Part shown: in pieces, positions 1 through 12,433 of the stretch
How positions within the stretch are numbered: the first letter of the stretch is position 1
Layout of the letters: the number at the start of each line of letters is the position of its first letter
Source: the human T2T-CHM13v2.0 reference genome, Homo sapiens
Strand: one strand, 5' to 3'
DNA: 64,000 bases
Assembly (NCBI RefSeq): GCF_009914755.1
Contig: NC_060928.1
The notes under the pieces: model-generated
Told to the model about the DNA's origin: nothing
The model's database searches: none
What the model saw: the letters and a program-made list of their open reading frames with translations, nothing else
Translations under genes and position numbers: made by a program

Positions 1-820
1 CTAGAATGGCTATATTCAAAAAGATAGACCATACCAGGTATTGGCCAGGATATAGAGATCAGGAAGCTTCCTACTTTATGATGTGAACATGAAATGGTAC
101 AACTACCTTGGAAAACAATTAGGCAGTTTCTTATAAAGTTAAACATAAATTTGCTATATGCTCCAGGAATTCCACTATGAGGTGTCTATCCAAGAAAAAA
201 TTAAAACATATATCCAGACAAAGATTTGTGCATAAATGTTCTTAACAGTATTATTTATAATATCCATAAATTTGAAACAATGTAGTGTCAATCAGCTGAC
301 AAATGGATAGATAAGATGTAGTATACCTGTACAATGGAATACCATTTAGCAATAAGAAAGAATAATACATTCTTTGTATCATGTACACAGAATTTTATGT
401 AAAGAATGATACATAACAACCACTGATACATGTTACGACGTAACTATGTTGGGTCTTTTTATTCGTCACTGACATTTGGTTCTTAACCAATCTTCAAACA
501 TTACATTAAGTGAGAGAAGCTAAACACAATAGATCACATATTGTATAATTTCATTTTTGTGAAATATTGAGAAAAATCAAACTCTATAGAAACAGAAAAA
601 AATTAGTGATTGCCCAGGACAAGGTGTGGGAGATGAAGTTGGGGATTAGCAGTAAAAGAATATGAAAGATATTATCAGGGTGATGGAAGTGTTCTAAAAC
701 TTATTTATGATAATGGTTATACAAGTTGGTAAAGTTGGTAAAAAAATCACTAGATTGTATGCTTTAAATAGATGAATTATATGATGTCTATAGTATCCTT
801 CAATAAAGTTATATTAATAA
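1..820 (+). mobile_element. Ancient L1 (L1MC/L1ME-type) ORF2 end and 3' UTR fragment
   Basis: Decayed L1M 3' motifs (ttggaaaacaattaggcagtttcttataaagttaaacata; tacaatggaataccatttagcaataa; gggtgatggaagtgttctaaaactt), ending in caataaag. Confidence 0.8.
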
Positions 821-824
821 ATAC

Positions 825-1470
825 TCTGGTCCAGTTCTGCATGTGAGAAGCTTGGAAGTTGCCTCTCTGTCCTCATATCAAGTAAAAAAGCAAAAAGACT
901 GAAAAATCAGCAACTTTTTTAGTATCCATAAAAGAGTTGAGGACACAGGGCAAACTGCAGCCCCCAGGATTGGAGAGATAGATGGACAATGAAGGGAGTC
1001 ATGGCTTACCATAGCAGCCACTCAGGAAACCACGGCAGGAATCAGTGCTAGGGTAGGAAAACCTGAACTGTAATTGATGAGTTGCTGGAAGCTCAATGTG
1101 GACAACTCTGAGATCTAAAAACTCCAGGGGGGTACAATCTGCTCTAGCTTTCCCTGCAGGAGAAGGAAATAACCAACTCCACCTTGCAAGGGGGAATTAA
1201 AAATCAAGAAACATTTGTGAAGCTCAAAGTCCAGTGGCACATGTCCAGTGAAAGACCAAATCACAAAACTGTAGAATGATGCTTGCCTCCCCCAACACCT
1301 CACTGCCACATTTCTAAAGGCCTATTTCAAGTGATTTTGTTTACCTGGTACATCATGTCTGGCTACAAGGAAAAAATTACAAGGCCTACCAAAGGCAAAA
1401 AATACAGTTGGTAGAGACAGAGCAGGCATCAGAACCAGACATGGTGTTATGTAGGAATGTTGGAATTTCT
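825..1470 (+). mobile_element. Ancient L1 5' end fragment (L1MC/L1MD-like)
   Basis: Motifs gaggacacagggcaaactgc and gagacagagcaggcatcagaaccagac, which I recognise from old L1M 5' regions. Confidence 0.6.
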
Positions 1471-1610
1471 TTAAAATAAATTTTCAAATTGGAAAGTAAG
1501 TGACCTTCAACATCATTTTTAAAATTGTTTTGGCTATTTTGGGCTTTTCTATTCACTTATAATTGATGTTTACTTCTTAAACAAGCAATTGCCTTCAAAG
1601 CTTCATTTAC

Positions 1611-2240
1611 CTGTTATTTTTTTAAGTTATGCAAGTGCTTTGTTGTTCACATAACAACAAAGAGGAGAAAACACAAACTTTGTTTCTGAGCCACTATGAT
1701 AGATTGGTAACTATGGGGATATGACAATGTACATAAAGTACTATATATGAACATGACAAATTTGATTTTGTAGAAAGTATATATATTTAGCACCATGTCA
1801 TTGAGATAACAGTATAGAAATATTTTTGGCAAACACATGAATAAGAAATGTTAAGGCAGAAATATCTCCATTCAGTTATTTCATCATTAATGTCTGATCT
1901 TTCTCATAACAGAAAGATGTTTTCCATATATTGTTGATAATAACATTACAAAATAATCATCTACTCAAGAAATTGTTGTCATAAGTACCAGTTAATCCAT
2001 CAAAACAAGTTAAAATAGCTGTGCAAACTGTTTGTTATGGTTGCTAAAAAGATACAGCAGTATCTCCTGGTAAACATGTTTCTTTTATGTTTGGTACATT
2101 TTCTAGGAAATAGGTATGCTAAAGAAACAAGAAAAATATGATAAAAATCAGCATGTGTTTTTTCATTTGATAGATAATATTGAATGTTTATCACTTTCTT
2201 ATGAATATATTATCCAATAAATCTTTAATGGCTTTTCTAT
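1611..2240 (-). pseudogene. Candidate decayed exon(s), frame uncertain
   Basis: Acceptor ttcattttgttttactcacag at 2241 and donor CAG|gtaaat at 1610. All frames contain stops; may be more than one exon. Confidence 0.3.
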
Positions 2241-2799
2241 CTGTGAGTAAAACAAAATGAATATCGCAATCTCAGCAGCCCAGAAATGTACAGCTACTAA
2301 GAAAAAGATAGCAATTTTGGGGATCAAATCTAGCCTGATGATTCTTAGGTAGAGGTGACTATTTAAAAAAAACTATGGACCACATTTATATACAACCCTA
2401 TCAGTATCCTGTACTATCTCCCATAAACCCAAAGCATCCTCAAAGTTGTAAGAAATTTTCTGGCAATTTTTCACATAGAAAAGAAATTCCTCACATAACC
2501 CTGCACTAGCATTTCCTATGCTGCAATGTATTACTTATTATGAGGGAGGATAGGAGATTTCCTTCTATACAGAGTTTCAAGGAAGATCATGAAATAGACC
2601 TTGTGGGTAAAACTTGTCATTTGATGGTCCCTGAAATAGAAACTTTAAAATAATGCCAAATCACTCTTTTGCTAGATTCTGTTGGCTTCCCTATTATTCC
2701 CCGCTCATGTGTGAGCTAGTTGTGGCAAGTCTCTTCCCTGCTTTGAGTCATTGCAGACATCAAGCATCACCGTCAATCATTCACATGAAAAATACTTAC

Positions 2800-2933
2800 A
2801 GCAGGGAGTACAGTTTGTGCACACTTTAAAAATATGTTTTTAAGGTTTTATCCAGGATCCATTACTACTCACTTTATAGACATACATGAAGTCAAGCTGC
2901 CTGAGCTCTTTCACAGAACCTATACAGGGTTTT
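2800..2933 (-). pseudogene. Candidate decayed exon (RGS N-terminal-like)
   Basis: Acceptor ctgaccctttatattgtag, donor CT|gtaagt. Reads KTLYRFCERAQAA*LHVCL*SE**WILDKTLKTYF*SVHKLYSL. Confidence 0.4.
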
Positions 2934-3067
2934 CTACAATATAAAGGGTCAGCTAATTTACAGAAGAACTTACATAAAGTCTTCCACAATATATGGATCA
3001 GCTAAGTTATAGAAGAAGCAATATAAAGTCTTCTACACTGTAAGGGTCAGCTAATGTATAGAAGAAA
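2913..3067. repeat. Degenerate tandem repeat, 49-50 bp unit, about 3 copies
   Basis: Units of the form ttc(t/c)aca..t..g(g/a)tcagctaa.t.(c/t)agaagaa start at 2932, 2982 and 3031. Confidence 0.85.
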
Positions 3068-3459
3068 TACCTCAACCTTACATGTCATAAAACCATCTGA
3101 CAAAAGCCATCTGTTACTTACACAATGTCCTTCCCCTCCTCATTCTCTCAGGTATGCTTTTTACATTTAGTGACCCCCCCCCAAAAAAGTCAATTAATAC
3201 TAATCAAGTTAACTGTCAAACCCTTTAACTTCCCAAGCAAAGCATTTCTAAATTCATAATGCCCCAAATACTAAACATATTCTGCTAATATTAGAGCTAT
3301 TTGAAGCAAGTTTTTTTCTTCAGTATTAAATCAACCAGAAGAAACAATGTCAACCAAAACAACTTCACTGTAGCTGAATTCTCTCAGTCTCTAGCTCATA
3401 GCCACATGAATGGGGCGGTACATAAGCTCATTCTGGCAACTCCAGTAAGTGTTGTAAAC

Positions 3460-3645
3460 CAGCGCTTCTCAAATTTTAGTACACATATGAATCACCTGGT
3501 ATTTTGTTAAAATGTAGATTCTGATTCAGTAAGTCTAAGGTGGAGTCTGAAGTTCAGTAAGTCTAGGGTGGGGTCAGCAAGTCTCAGCATCACAACTCCC
3601 AAGTGATACTGAGGCTGCTAGCTGGTGGGCCACCGTGAGTAGCAT
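3460..3645. mobile_element. MER5A-like hAT-Charlie MITE
   Basis: cagcgcttctcaaa...gaatcacctgg...ttaaaatgtagattctgattcagtaagtct...ccaagtgatactgaggctgct, with an internal ~28 bp duplication. Confidence 0.8.
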
Positions 3646-3674
3646 AGTTGAGGTCTTGAATAAGGAAAGCATAC

Positions 3675-3770
3675 TTGTAAGTATGGAAATATTCAGACAA
3701 AAAATGCTTCCATTCTTTTAACATTTGTCTACAAGTAGTTTCGGAATTCGAATATCATCAAAGGGTGGAA
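3675..3770 (-). pseudogene. Candidate decayed exon (RGS C-terminal-like)
   Basis: Acceptor ctcttcctatctttttttctaaag, donor CAA|gtatgc. Reads PPFDDIRI, then with a frameshift TTCRQMLKEWKHFLSEYFHTY. Confidence 0.55.
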
Positions 3771-3847
3771 CTTTAGAAAAAAAGATAGGAAGAGTTTATA
3801 AGACTAAACATTATTATTCCCCAGTGCAGAGCTTTGAAACTACAAGC

Positions 3848-4130
3848 TCGTTCATTCCTTTGTTTCCTTATTCATTCATGCACAAGGCATATATGGACTG
3901 CCTACTCTATGGTAGGCACTGTGTTAAATTCCAGAGTACAGTGTTGAATAGACAAAATTTTGGGGTTTAGGAAACTCATAATCTCATCCAAACAAATAAT
4001 CAATTGTGAGATAAAGGGACCTATTTATGATTGCACACCAAGAAAAGTAAAAACACAGAGGAAAAAATACTTCATTCAGCAAGGTGGGGCGATAAGGCAG
4101 GTAGCTCAAGGAAGAGTTCACAGTAAAAAT
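3848..4130 (-). mobile_element. L2 3' end fragment
   Basis: ttcattcatgcacaaggcatatatggactgcctactctatggtaggcactgtg resembles an antisense L2 tail. Confidence 0.65.
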
Positions 4131-4139
4131 TGATGGTGC

Positions 4140-4290
4140 TTTTTTGATAACTTAATTTGTGCTAGGTACTTTTCTAAGCACTTTAACGCTCACAATGATT
4201 CTTTCAAGGTAGGTGCTCTTGTTTTTCCAATTTTTAGAGCTGAGGAAACAAAGGTGGAGAGAAATTATATAATTTACAGAGTAAATAAGT
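4140..4290 (-). mobile_element. MIR SINE
   Basis: tgtgctaggtacttttctaagcacttta...aggtaggtgct...tttagagctgaggaaacaaagg matches the antisense MIR core. Confidence 0.75.
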
Positions 4291-4366
4291 TACTAATGAT
4301 AACCAATAAGCCACAGAATTTCCTCTTCTGTCTTCACTAATACCGTTTTACTAATATGTCCCACAA

Positions 4367-4785
4367 AGTGGACATTACTGGTAATCACTAAGATTTCTGG
4401 TTCTCCTTCCCTTCGGGGCACATTCCTCTTTGAATATATGCATGGACACATGCCAATGAAATGTAGTCAAATGCAACACATGTCACTACCAGGCAGAAGC
4501 ATTTAATAGCCCAGTGCACAATTTTCCATGCTCTCTTTACCAGTCCCCATGGCCATGGGCTTTACCTGCTCCAATGGGAACCTGCTCCCATTGTTGATGT
4601 GGAGTTCCTGCAAGATCAAAAGATCTTGCAATGCTAGGCCTCTACAAAAAGGACAGCCTCCTCAGATCATCTCTCAGACTCATGCAGGATATTCCAAATA
4701 CAAGAAATTTACTTCTGTCTTGTTAAGTCACAGATTTTAATTGTATTTGTTACTGTAGCCTAATTTAATCTATATTGATAAAGCA
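4367..4785 (+). mobile_element. MLT1-family (MaLR) solo LTR
   Basis: gccaatgaaatgtag...tgtcactaccaggcagaagcatttaa...ttgttaagtcacagatttt...ttgttactgtagc. Confidence 0.7.
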
Positions 4786-5389
4786 TTACTATAGAGGCAA
4801 TCTGTTAGTTACCTTGCAGAATAAATGTAAGTCACCAGAGGAGGGCAGTGTGTGCTGGGGAGGAAGCTCATGGTGGGCATAAGAGACATTCAGAAGTGTT
4901 AAATAGAATGGTACGTTTAGGAAACTTCAGGTCGTCAGGCTTTACTAGAGAATATGATTCTGAAGAAGACATGAAAGAGGAAAGAGAAACAATGTGAGTC
5001 TCAGGCCCCTCTGGAGTGAAGGAAAGAAATGGAGAAGGAGTTAAAGTCCAGGCATATCACTCAGGGCTGCATATGGAGGAAGATAATTATCAGATTGAAC
5101 TCAAAGTTAAATCAAAGAAGTAAGCTTCTGCCTAGGAAATCGGAAATCAGAAAAAGCACTATGCTAGAAAGAGGAGTCAGCCACAAATAAGGAGGTAGAA
5201 CAGAGGGAAAGAGGAAAGAAGTAAACAGACTAGGAATTTAAAAACCTAGAATAGAGCTAGAGAAGATGGGAGGCATAGGGATGGGAGGGTGGGTTCACAC
5301 CAGAAAAAAGCTGAGAAGAAATATATGTATCTATTTGTAGGATATGTCTGTTCTCGCCCACATATCTCACACATGCTGCTCTGTGGTTT

Positions 5390-5705
5390 GCCTTTCCCAT
5401 ATGCCTTCACCTGGATGATGCCTGCTAACTAGGCTCAAAGATGTGGCCTCTGAGAAGTCTTCACCTCCCCACATTCCCATTACCTTCACCCCTGGGCCCA
5501 CCTGGTATTCTTTCCACATCTTCACAAAGTTCCCTCACTTTCATCACTAAACTTATCCAAGGGCATTTTAGTTGTCTGTTCATTTGTCTGTCTCCCCAGT
5601 TATGACAAACTTCTTTAGGAGGGTGATTTTATTTAATTTGTTTCTCTAATTCCAAGACCAAGGTCAGAGTTTGGTCTGTAGTAGTCCCTTAATAATTGGT
5701 GGTGA
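5390..5705 (+). mobile_element. L2 3' fragment
   Basis: ttgtctgtctcccc...agagtttggtctgtagtagtcccttaataa resembles a decayed L2 tail. Confidence 0.55.
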
Positions 5706-5959
5706 CTGTGGAAAATCCAGGGAGAGAGTTTCCCATGAATGTTTAATATATTATTTAGGAACTGAGAACAAGATCTGAAATAAAGATAAAAATTTGGTCA
5801 TCCTCAGTGAATATGCTTATTCAACAACTACTTACACATGCTTATTATACTAAGTGGTGGATATTCTGGTGAGCAAAGAAAACACAGTGTCTGTTTTGTG
5901 GTGCTTGGATACTCATAGAAGAGAATAAGTTAATTTAAAAATATGCACATGTAAATATA

Positions 5960-6805
5960 AACAGCTTTTCTCAAGATCTCCAAGGATCTCCACATTACTA
6001 AATGCAATGTTCAATTCTTAGTCCCTGTCTTACCTGACTTGTCATCAGCATTTGACACAGTTGATCACTCCTTATTCCTTGAAGGAAGACCTTATATTCT
6101 CCTGGTTTTCCTTTTGTCCTGCTCTATCTCTTAGATGGTTCCTCATTACCTACCAAACTCTAAAAGTGGGTGTGCCCAAGATTTTCTTCTTTCCTTCCAC
6201 ATTCACTCCGTAGTGATCTCATCCAGACTCACGGCTTTAAATGCCATCTATATGCTATGATACCAAATTATATTTCCAGGCAAAACCTTTTCTTTGAACT
6301 CTAGATCCATACATACCAACTGCCTACGCAACCACTCTATTTGACTAATAAACATCTCAGACAAAACATGTCCAAAAGTGAGTTCCCGTTATTTCCCTCA
6401 TGACCAGATTTTTCTAGTCTTCTTCTCAGGTAGTTGTAACTCTATTCTTACAGTTTCTCAGAACAAAAAGCTAAATCTCATCCTAACTTCCTTCTTTTGC
6501 TCACATCCTACATCTTGTCCATTAGCAAATACTGTCTTCAAAGTATGTTCCTAACTTTACTACTTCTTACTATTCCCACTGCCACCACCCTGATCTAAGC
6601 CAGCATCATCTCTTATCTGAGTTCTCTCATTGGCCTCCTAATTGATCTCTCTGTTTTTGCACTCACTGTCTTTTCTCCACACAGCAACCAGAGTGATCCT
6701 GTTATGTCATATTGTGTTACTCTTCAAAACTTCACACTTGCTTCTTATTTCACTCAAACTAAAGGTCAAAATCCTTCCAATTATTCATAACTCTCCATAT
6801 GATTT
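5960..6805 (+). mobile_element. L2a ORF2 (RT) fragment
   Basis: gacttgtcatcagcatttgacacagttgatcac encodes DLSSAFDTVDH (L2 RT motif), followed by typical L2a body sequence. Confidence 0.9.
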
Positions 6806-6809
6806 AGAT

Positions 6810-6880
6810 GAAATATGGTCTCCCTTAGAATGCATCCTATGATTTTAGTATTTAAAGTACTTTTCTAAAATTTATCTCAC
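6810..6880 (-). pseudogene. Candidate exon, 3' end/donor missing
   Basis: Acceptor tttattggcttcttttttaaag. Phase 0 reading VR*ILEKYFKY* continues the previous exon (..AF*TLSTE) like an RGS terminal helix, then runs into L2a. Confidence 0.45.
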
Positions 6881-7154
6881 CTTTAAAAAAGAAGCCAATA
6901 AACATAGAACTATTGAACAAAGTTCCAGTATCTCTTCTTTTTACTTATATTTTGTGAATGTCAGTATCAGAGCAGTTAAGTGGAAATGGACCTATTTTAT
7001 TTTCAATTCCTTGAGAAATCATAGTTCAGTGTTTTTTGAAGGACATTGTAAGTTCATTTATAAAGACTCCCAGAATCTGTTCTTTATTTAGGCAACATCA
7101 GACTTGCAAGGTAATAAGCTGGAACAGAGATTTAGAGAGAGAGAAAAAGCCTAC

Positions 7155-7295
7155 TTCAGTTGATAGAGTTCAAAAAGCATTACTTAAGTCAATCTCAGCA
7201 ATTTTTTATGTTATTAATTTCCTCTTATTCTGTTTCACTACCATATCGCAGAGTTCTTCACTGCTAACCTACAAGTATTTACTACTTACCTCATA
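7155..7295 (-). pseudogene. Candidate decayed exon (RGS middle helices)
   Basis: Acceptor tgctttttgtttag, donor GAA|gtaggc. 141 nt, phase 0-0: YEVSSKYL*VSSEELCDMVVKQNKRKLIT*KIAEIDLSNAF*TLSTE. Confidence 0.6.
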
Positions 7296-7499
7296 CTAAA
7301 CAAAAAGCATTTTCTACTCTGATCTTAGAGTGAGTTTATATGTCTGAGTATGTGTATATGTATTAGAGAAAGAGAGAAGTATGGAAAGAGAGAAAATTAA
7401 TCCAGAGGAAAACAAGGTAGTAGGTTAGACTAGGTCTTTGTACAGGAAGAATAACCACCAAAAAGCCCACCGGGAAGCCAAAATAGAGTTAAAACAGAG

Positions 7500-9530
7500 G
7501 TATTAAGGCATTTCTCTTCCCCATTTTATTCACCAAAACCTGGATAAAATAACAAATATTAAAAGCAGAGAGAAAAACAATTTTTAGTGATACTAGGAAA
7601 CAACACAGCCTAACCCAGAATCTATTGAAAACACCTACCAAATTTAAGACCAAGTCAAGAAAAGATTTTGAGAGGAGCATATTTCTATGCAAATTTCAAA
7701 CACCCTAAGGAGCTCCCCAAAAGTAAGTACCATGAGGAAGTAAACCAATGACCCTTGCATGGAGCTAAGAATATGAGAAGACCAGATGCATTCCTGTGCC
7801 TAATTCAACAGCCCTGAGCGACAGAAGAGGACAGCTGAACAAGGAGCGAGAGAGACATACCACCTTTGCCGGAAGCAGATGCCGTAGAATGGAGGGGAAA
7901 ACGAAGATGGCAATCAGGAATGTAGCTGCTGAGGGAGAGCAAATGTCAACTCATGAGGAAAAAGACCTGGGGCATTCAGGCTTCTCTGAGTTCTAGGAAT
8001 TCCTGACTGATGCAACCAATTATCTCCATATATCCAGCAGAGCCTCTGCCCTTGGTCTGAGCTACTGCAAGAATTTCTCTACAAGAGTTACAAAGAACTT
8101 CTCTTCTTAAAGCTGCTTTATGTAGCTCAAAGGCAAATTTGGCACAGGCCACAGTACAACTTACTAGTGCACCAGTGGCCAAGCAGAGATAGCAGCAAAG
8201 AATGTTTTTCCCACCATCGCCGGAGACCAATGGAGTTGGCTATCCCTACTCTTTGTATTTATCTGTGCTCAACTGCACATGCCCCACCTACTGAACTTGA
8301 AAGGGAAGTGTGATATCAGGTTATATATGGAAAGAGTCAAAATTAGTAAAATGTGTTATTGCCTGTCAACCTTTAGATTTAACTGTATGTTAACTCTGCT
8401 CACCGTACATGCATAAGTAGCACATTTCAAAGTGGAGGCTGGAAGTATAAAGTGAAAGTTTATAAAATTCTTCCAAGATTATTTTCACGCAACTATTTAT
8501 ATACTACTTTATTTTAAAATAAAAATAAAAAATCTGAGGCAAATGCAAAATCAGACCGAATCCTAGGGCAGCGGGTCAAACTATGGTGAACTTCTGGTCA
8601 TACAAGCAAGAGACTAACTCATTTTTAAGGGAGAAGATGAGGCTGGCCTCAAAATTATTCATAGGAATTAACAGCAGAATATTGGGAAGCATTCAACAAA
8701 GTTGACAGAGAAATAATAGGAATCACCAAGAATTTTTCAAAGGAAACAATTTCCAATGTAAAGAAGTTAAGGAATATAGCACCACGAACCATTCTTGAAA
8801 ACACTACGTCATAAAATCCAACAAAACTGGTGAAAAAATTCATGATAAACTGTCATGAATTTGTGTATTACAGAATATACATAGCACCAAAAGTAATAAA
8901 GAAAAACTACAGAAAACACCAGGGATATAGAAACAAAATGAAAAAAAATTTAACTTTCCTATTCCATGAGAACAAGGAGAAAAAAAAGTAAGGGAGAGAG
9001 ACTCTAACTAACAACACATAAGGTAGTTCTAACAGATAAATATTCAGCAATATGTTAGGCATCAACACTTTCTTCTCAATACCCAGGAAAATATATAAAG
9101 CTATACATATAATGAACCAGAGAGAAGACCTGCTGCAGATCACATGTCAAAGTGAAGACCTGGATTAGATAGATGGTGAGTGGGATTCAACATTCTTCAT
9201 TGCTAAACATATTCCAGATCTGCTGCTGGTTTAAGGACTAACTGTGAGTTGTTAGTCTTAAACAACCCTGAGTCGAGAAGCAAAACAAAACCAGTATTTT
9301 AGAACATATCACAGAAAAACTATGAGCTAAACTCCATTCAAGTAAATTTGAAAATTTGAATGAATTAGCTTTTTCCAGAAAATACATAATCATCCAAATT
9401 AGATTCCAAAAGAGAGATAAATCTAAATAGATGATTAGTATGGAGAAAAATATTAGTAGTGGTCTTTACAAAATCTACATTTTAAAATGAATGTCATTTG
9501 CAGATTTTGTGATCTAGTTTTTGGAATTTC
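7500..9530 (+). mobile_element. Very old L1/HAL1-like 5'-ORF1 and ORF2 fragments
   Basis: A-rich plus strand. Region 9310-9500 (aaatttgaaaatttgaatgaa...ccaaattagattccaaaagagagataaatctaaataga) resembles L1 ORF2. Confidence 0.5.
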
Positions 9531-9798
9531 TCCCTCATTAAAAATAATTTGTTGAGATATAACTCACATACCACAAAATTCATCTTTTTATAGTGTCCAA
9601 TTCAGTAGTTCTTAGTATATTCACAAAATTGTGCAGCCATCACCACTTTGTAATTTCAGATAGATATATAATTCCAAATTTTTGTAACTCTGAGAATAAA
9701 CCCTCATCCTTAGCAGTTACTCTCACCATAAACCCTTCTTCCCAGCTTCTGGCAACCACAAACTTACTTTTTGGCTCTGTGGATTTGCCTATTTTGGA

Positions 9799-10144
9799 TG
9801 CAGTGGACTGAATATTTACCTTCCTCCCAACGTCATGTGTTGAATCTTAACCCCCAAGGTGATGATGTGGGTCTTCAAGAGGTGATTAGGTTATGAGGGC
9901 TTATGAATGGGATTAGTGCCCTTATTAAAGAGGCTGGAGAGAGCTTCCTTGCCCCTTCTGCCATGTGAGGTTATAGTGAGGACAGCTAATGAATAAGGAA
10001 GAGGGCCCTCACCAGACACTGAATCTGCCGGCACCTTGTTCTTGGACTTTCTAATCTCCAGAACTATGAGAAATAAATTTATGTTGTTTATAAGCTACTC
10101 AGTCTATGGTATTCTGTTATAGCAGCCTGAATGCTCTAAAACAC
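9799..10144 (+). mobile_element. MLT1A-type solo LTR
   Basis: tgcagtggactgaat...gggattagtgcccttattaaagagg...ccctcaccagacactgaatctgccggcacctt...ttatagcagcctgaa. Confidence 0.85.
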
Positions 10145-10346
10145 AGAAAATGTCTTATAAATGGTACAATATGTAGCCTTTTGTAGGGGGTTTCTTTCAT
10201 ATAGCGTGGTGTTTTCTAGGTTACTTTATTTTGCAGTATATACTGTAAGTTCATTCATTTTTATTGCCAAATATTATAACATTATTTGGATATATCACAA
10301 ACATGTTATTTATTCATTCCTCAGTTGATGAACATTTCAGCTGTTA

Positions 10347-10648
10347 CTTTTCTTTTTCCCGGGACAGGGTCTCACTCTGTTGCCCACACCGGAGTACAGT
10401 GGCACAATCATAGCTCACTGCAGTCTCAACCTCCTGGGCTCAAGTGATCTTCCCCACTCAGCCTCCCAAGTAGTTAAGACTGCAGGTATATGCCACCATG
10501 CCTGACTAATTTTTTTTTTTTTTTTTTTTTAAGAAATGAGGTCTCGCTATATTACCCAGGCTGGTCTCAAATTCCTGGCTTGAAGTGATCTTCCTGCCTC
10601 AGCCTTCCAAAGTGCTTGGATTATAGGTATAAGCCACCTTACCTGGCC
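10347..10648 (-). mobile_element. AluJ
   Basis: Antisense dimeric Alu with J-type features (gggtctcactctgt, atcatagctcactgcag, ctcctgggctcaagtgatc). Confidence 0.9.
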
Positions 10649-10731
10649 CTGTTTTTACTTTTTGGCGATTATGAATAATGCTGCTGTGAACATGCATGTG
10701 TAAATTTTGGTTGGGCATATGTTTTCAATTT

Positions 10732-10958
10732 ATGTGTATATATATATATATATATATACACACACATATATATATATACACACACATATATATACACACA
10801 CATATATATACACACATATATACACACATATATATACTATATATATACATACATAGTATATATATACATATATATACTATATATATACATACATAGTATA
10901 TATATACATATATATACTATATATATACATACATAGTATATATATACATATATATATA
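10732..10958. repeat. (TA)n/(CATATA)n microsatellite with a 40-bp higher-order unit x3
   Basis: tatatactatatatatacatacatagtatatatatacata repeated exactly at 10831, 10871 and 10911. Confidence 0.95.
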
Positions 10959-11024
10959 AAACATATAACTAGAGGTAGAATTATGGATCATATGGTAACT
11001 CTGTTGAAATTTTTGAAGAATTGC

Positions 11025-11432
11025 TGTCTTCATCCATCTAGTGTTGCTATAACAATGTACCTAAGATTCAGTAACTTATGAAGAAAATAAATTTATTTCT
11101 TACAGTTTTGGAGGCTGGTAAGTCCAAGGCTGTGAGGCTGCATCTTGTGATTGCCTTCTTGCTGCTGGAGACTCTCTGCAGCATCCAAAACTAGCACAGG
11201 GAAACAAATGGCAAAAGGACTCATGAGAGACAATGAAACTGGCTTTTATATCAGACTCACTCTCATGATAACCTATTAATTTATTAAGTCATTAATTCAT
11301 GAGTGGATTAATCCATTCATAAAGGCAGAACCCTCATCACCCAATCACCTCTTAAAGACATAATTTTTAAATATTGTTACATTGGGGATTGAGCTTCAAC
11401 ATAAGTTTTGGAGAGAATATTCAAAGCATAGC
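11025..11432 (-). mobile_element. MST (MSTC/MSTD-like) solo LTR
   Basis: tgtctt...gttgctataacaa...atttatttcttacagttttggaggctgg...ccaatcacctcttaaag...tcaaagcatagca. Confidence 0.8.
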
Positions 11433-12226
11433 AACCGCTAAACTATTTTCTAAAGTGCTCTATTATTTCATATTCACACCAGCAATGAAGGGGAATTCCA
11501 GTTTCTCCAGATCCTCACCAATACTTTTCATTGTCTTATTGATTATAGTCACCCTAGTGAATGTAAAGGGTCTCTTTCAATTTTTAAAAGTTTTTTAATG
11601 TATTAAAGATATTAGTTCTTTTTCTAAATGTATGTCAATATTATCTCCTTGTTTGTAGTTTTTTTTTTACCATGTTAATAATATAGAAAAAAAAAGTTTT
11701 TCCCCAGGCTGAAGGTTTTTTAATGTAATCAAATTTATCAATCTTTTCTCTATTGCATCTAAATTTTGAGCCACAGTTAGAAAGCCTTTTCCTATTCCCA
11801 GATTATAAAATAATTCGTCCACACTTTCTCCCAGTGTTTATATGGTTTTGTGTTGTTTTAATACTTAGATCTCCCATCCATTTGGAGGTTTTTTATGTGT
11901 ATGACATGGATCAAACTTTATCTTTACCCAGAAGACTATACAGTTATACCAGCACCATTTATTTAAAGTTCATCTTTGCTCAAATGATTAGAAATGCCAC
12001 TACTCCTATATCCAGTAATTCCATGTGTACTTGGGTCTGTATCAGGACTTTCTATTTGATTCTGCAAAGCTATTTATTTATGAGTGATTTACTGTTTCAA
12101 TTATGGAGGCTTTATAATTTTATATTTTAATATCTGAAGGTCTAGATCTTCCATAACTTTTCTATTTCAGTAATTTTATTTACTATTCTTTTATGTTCAA
12201 TTGTTTTTACTTATTTCTACCTTTTA

Positions 12227-12433
<207 letters not shown>

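Noticed and set aside
1611-2166. Signal-peptide-like MKKHMLIFIIFFLFL on the minus strand
   Set aside because: Followed at once by a stop, with a stop density not clearly below AT-rich background. Hydrophobic runs arise easily from T-rich DNA.
2913-3067. CRISPR-like periodicity
   Set aside because: Whole units are similar with no unique spacers, the context is eukaryotic, and there are no cas genes.
6881-7118. Alternative exon using the acceptor at 7119 and AAG|gtgag at 6880
   Set aside because: Would need a 36-nt intron and has several stops. The 6881 site fits better as an acceptor.
7290-7295. Apparent 6-nt microexon (ag|TATGAG|gtaagt)
   Set aside because: Reading through gives the longer RGS-like 141-nt exon. 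The internal donor is probably chance, though it cannot be excluded.
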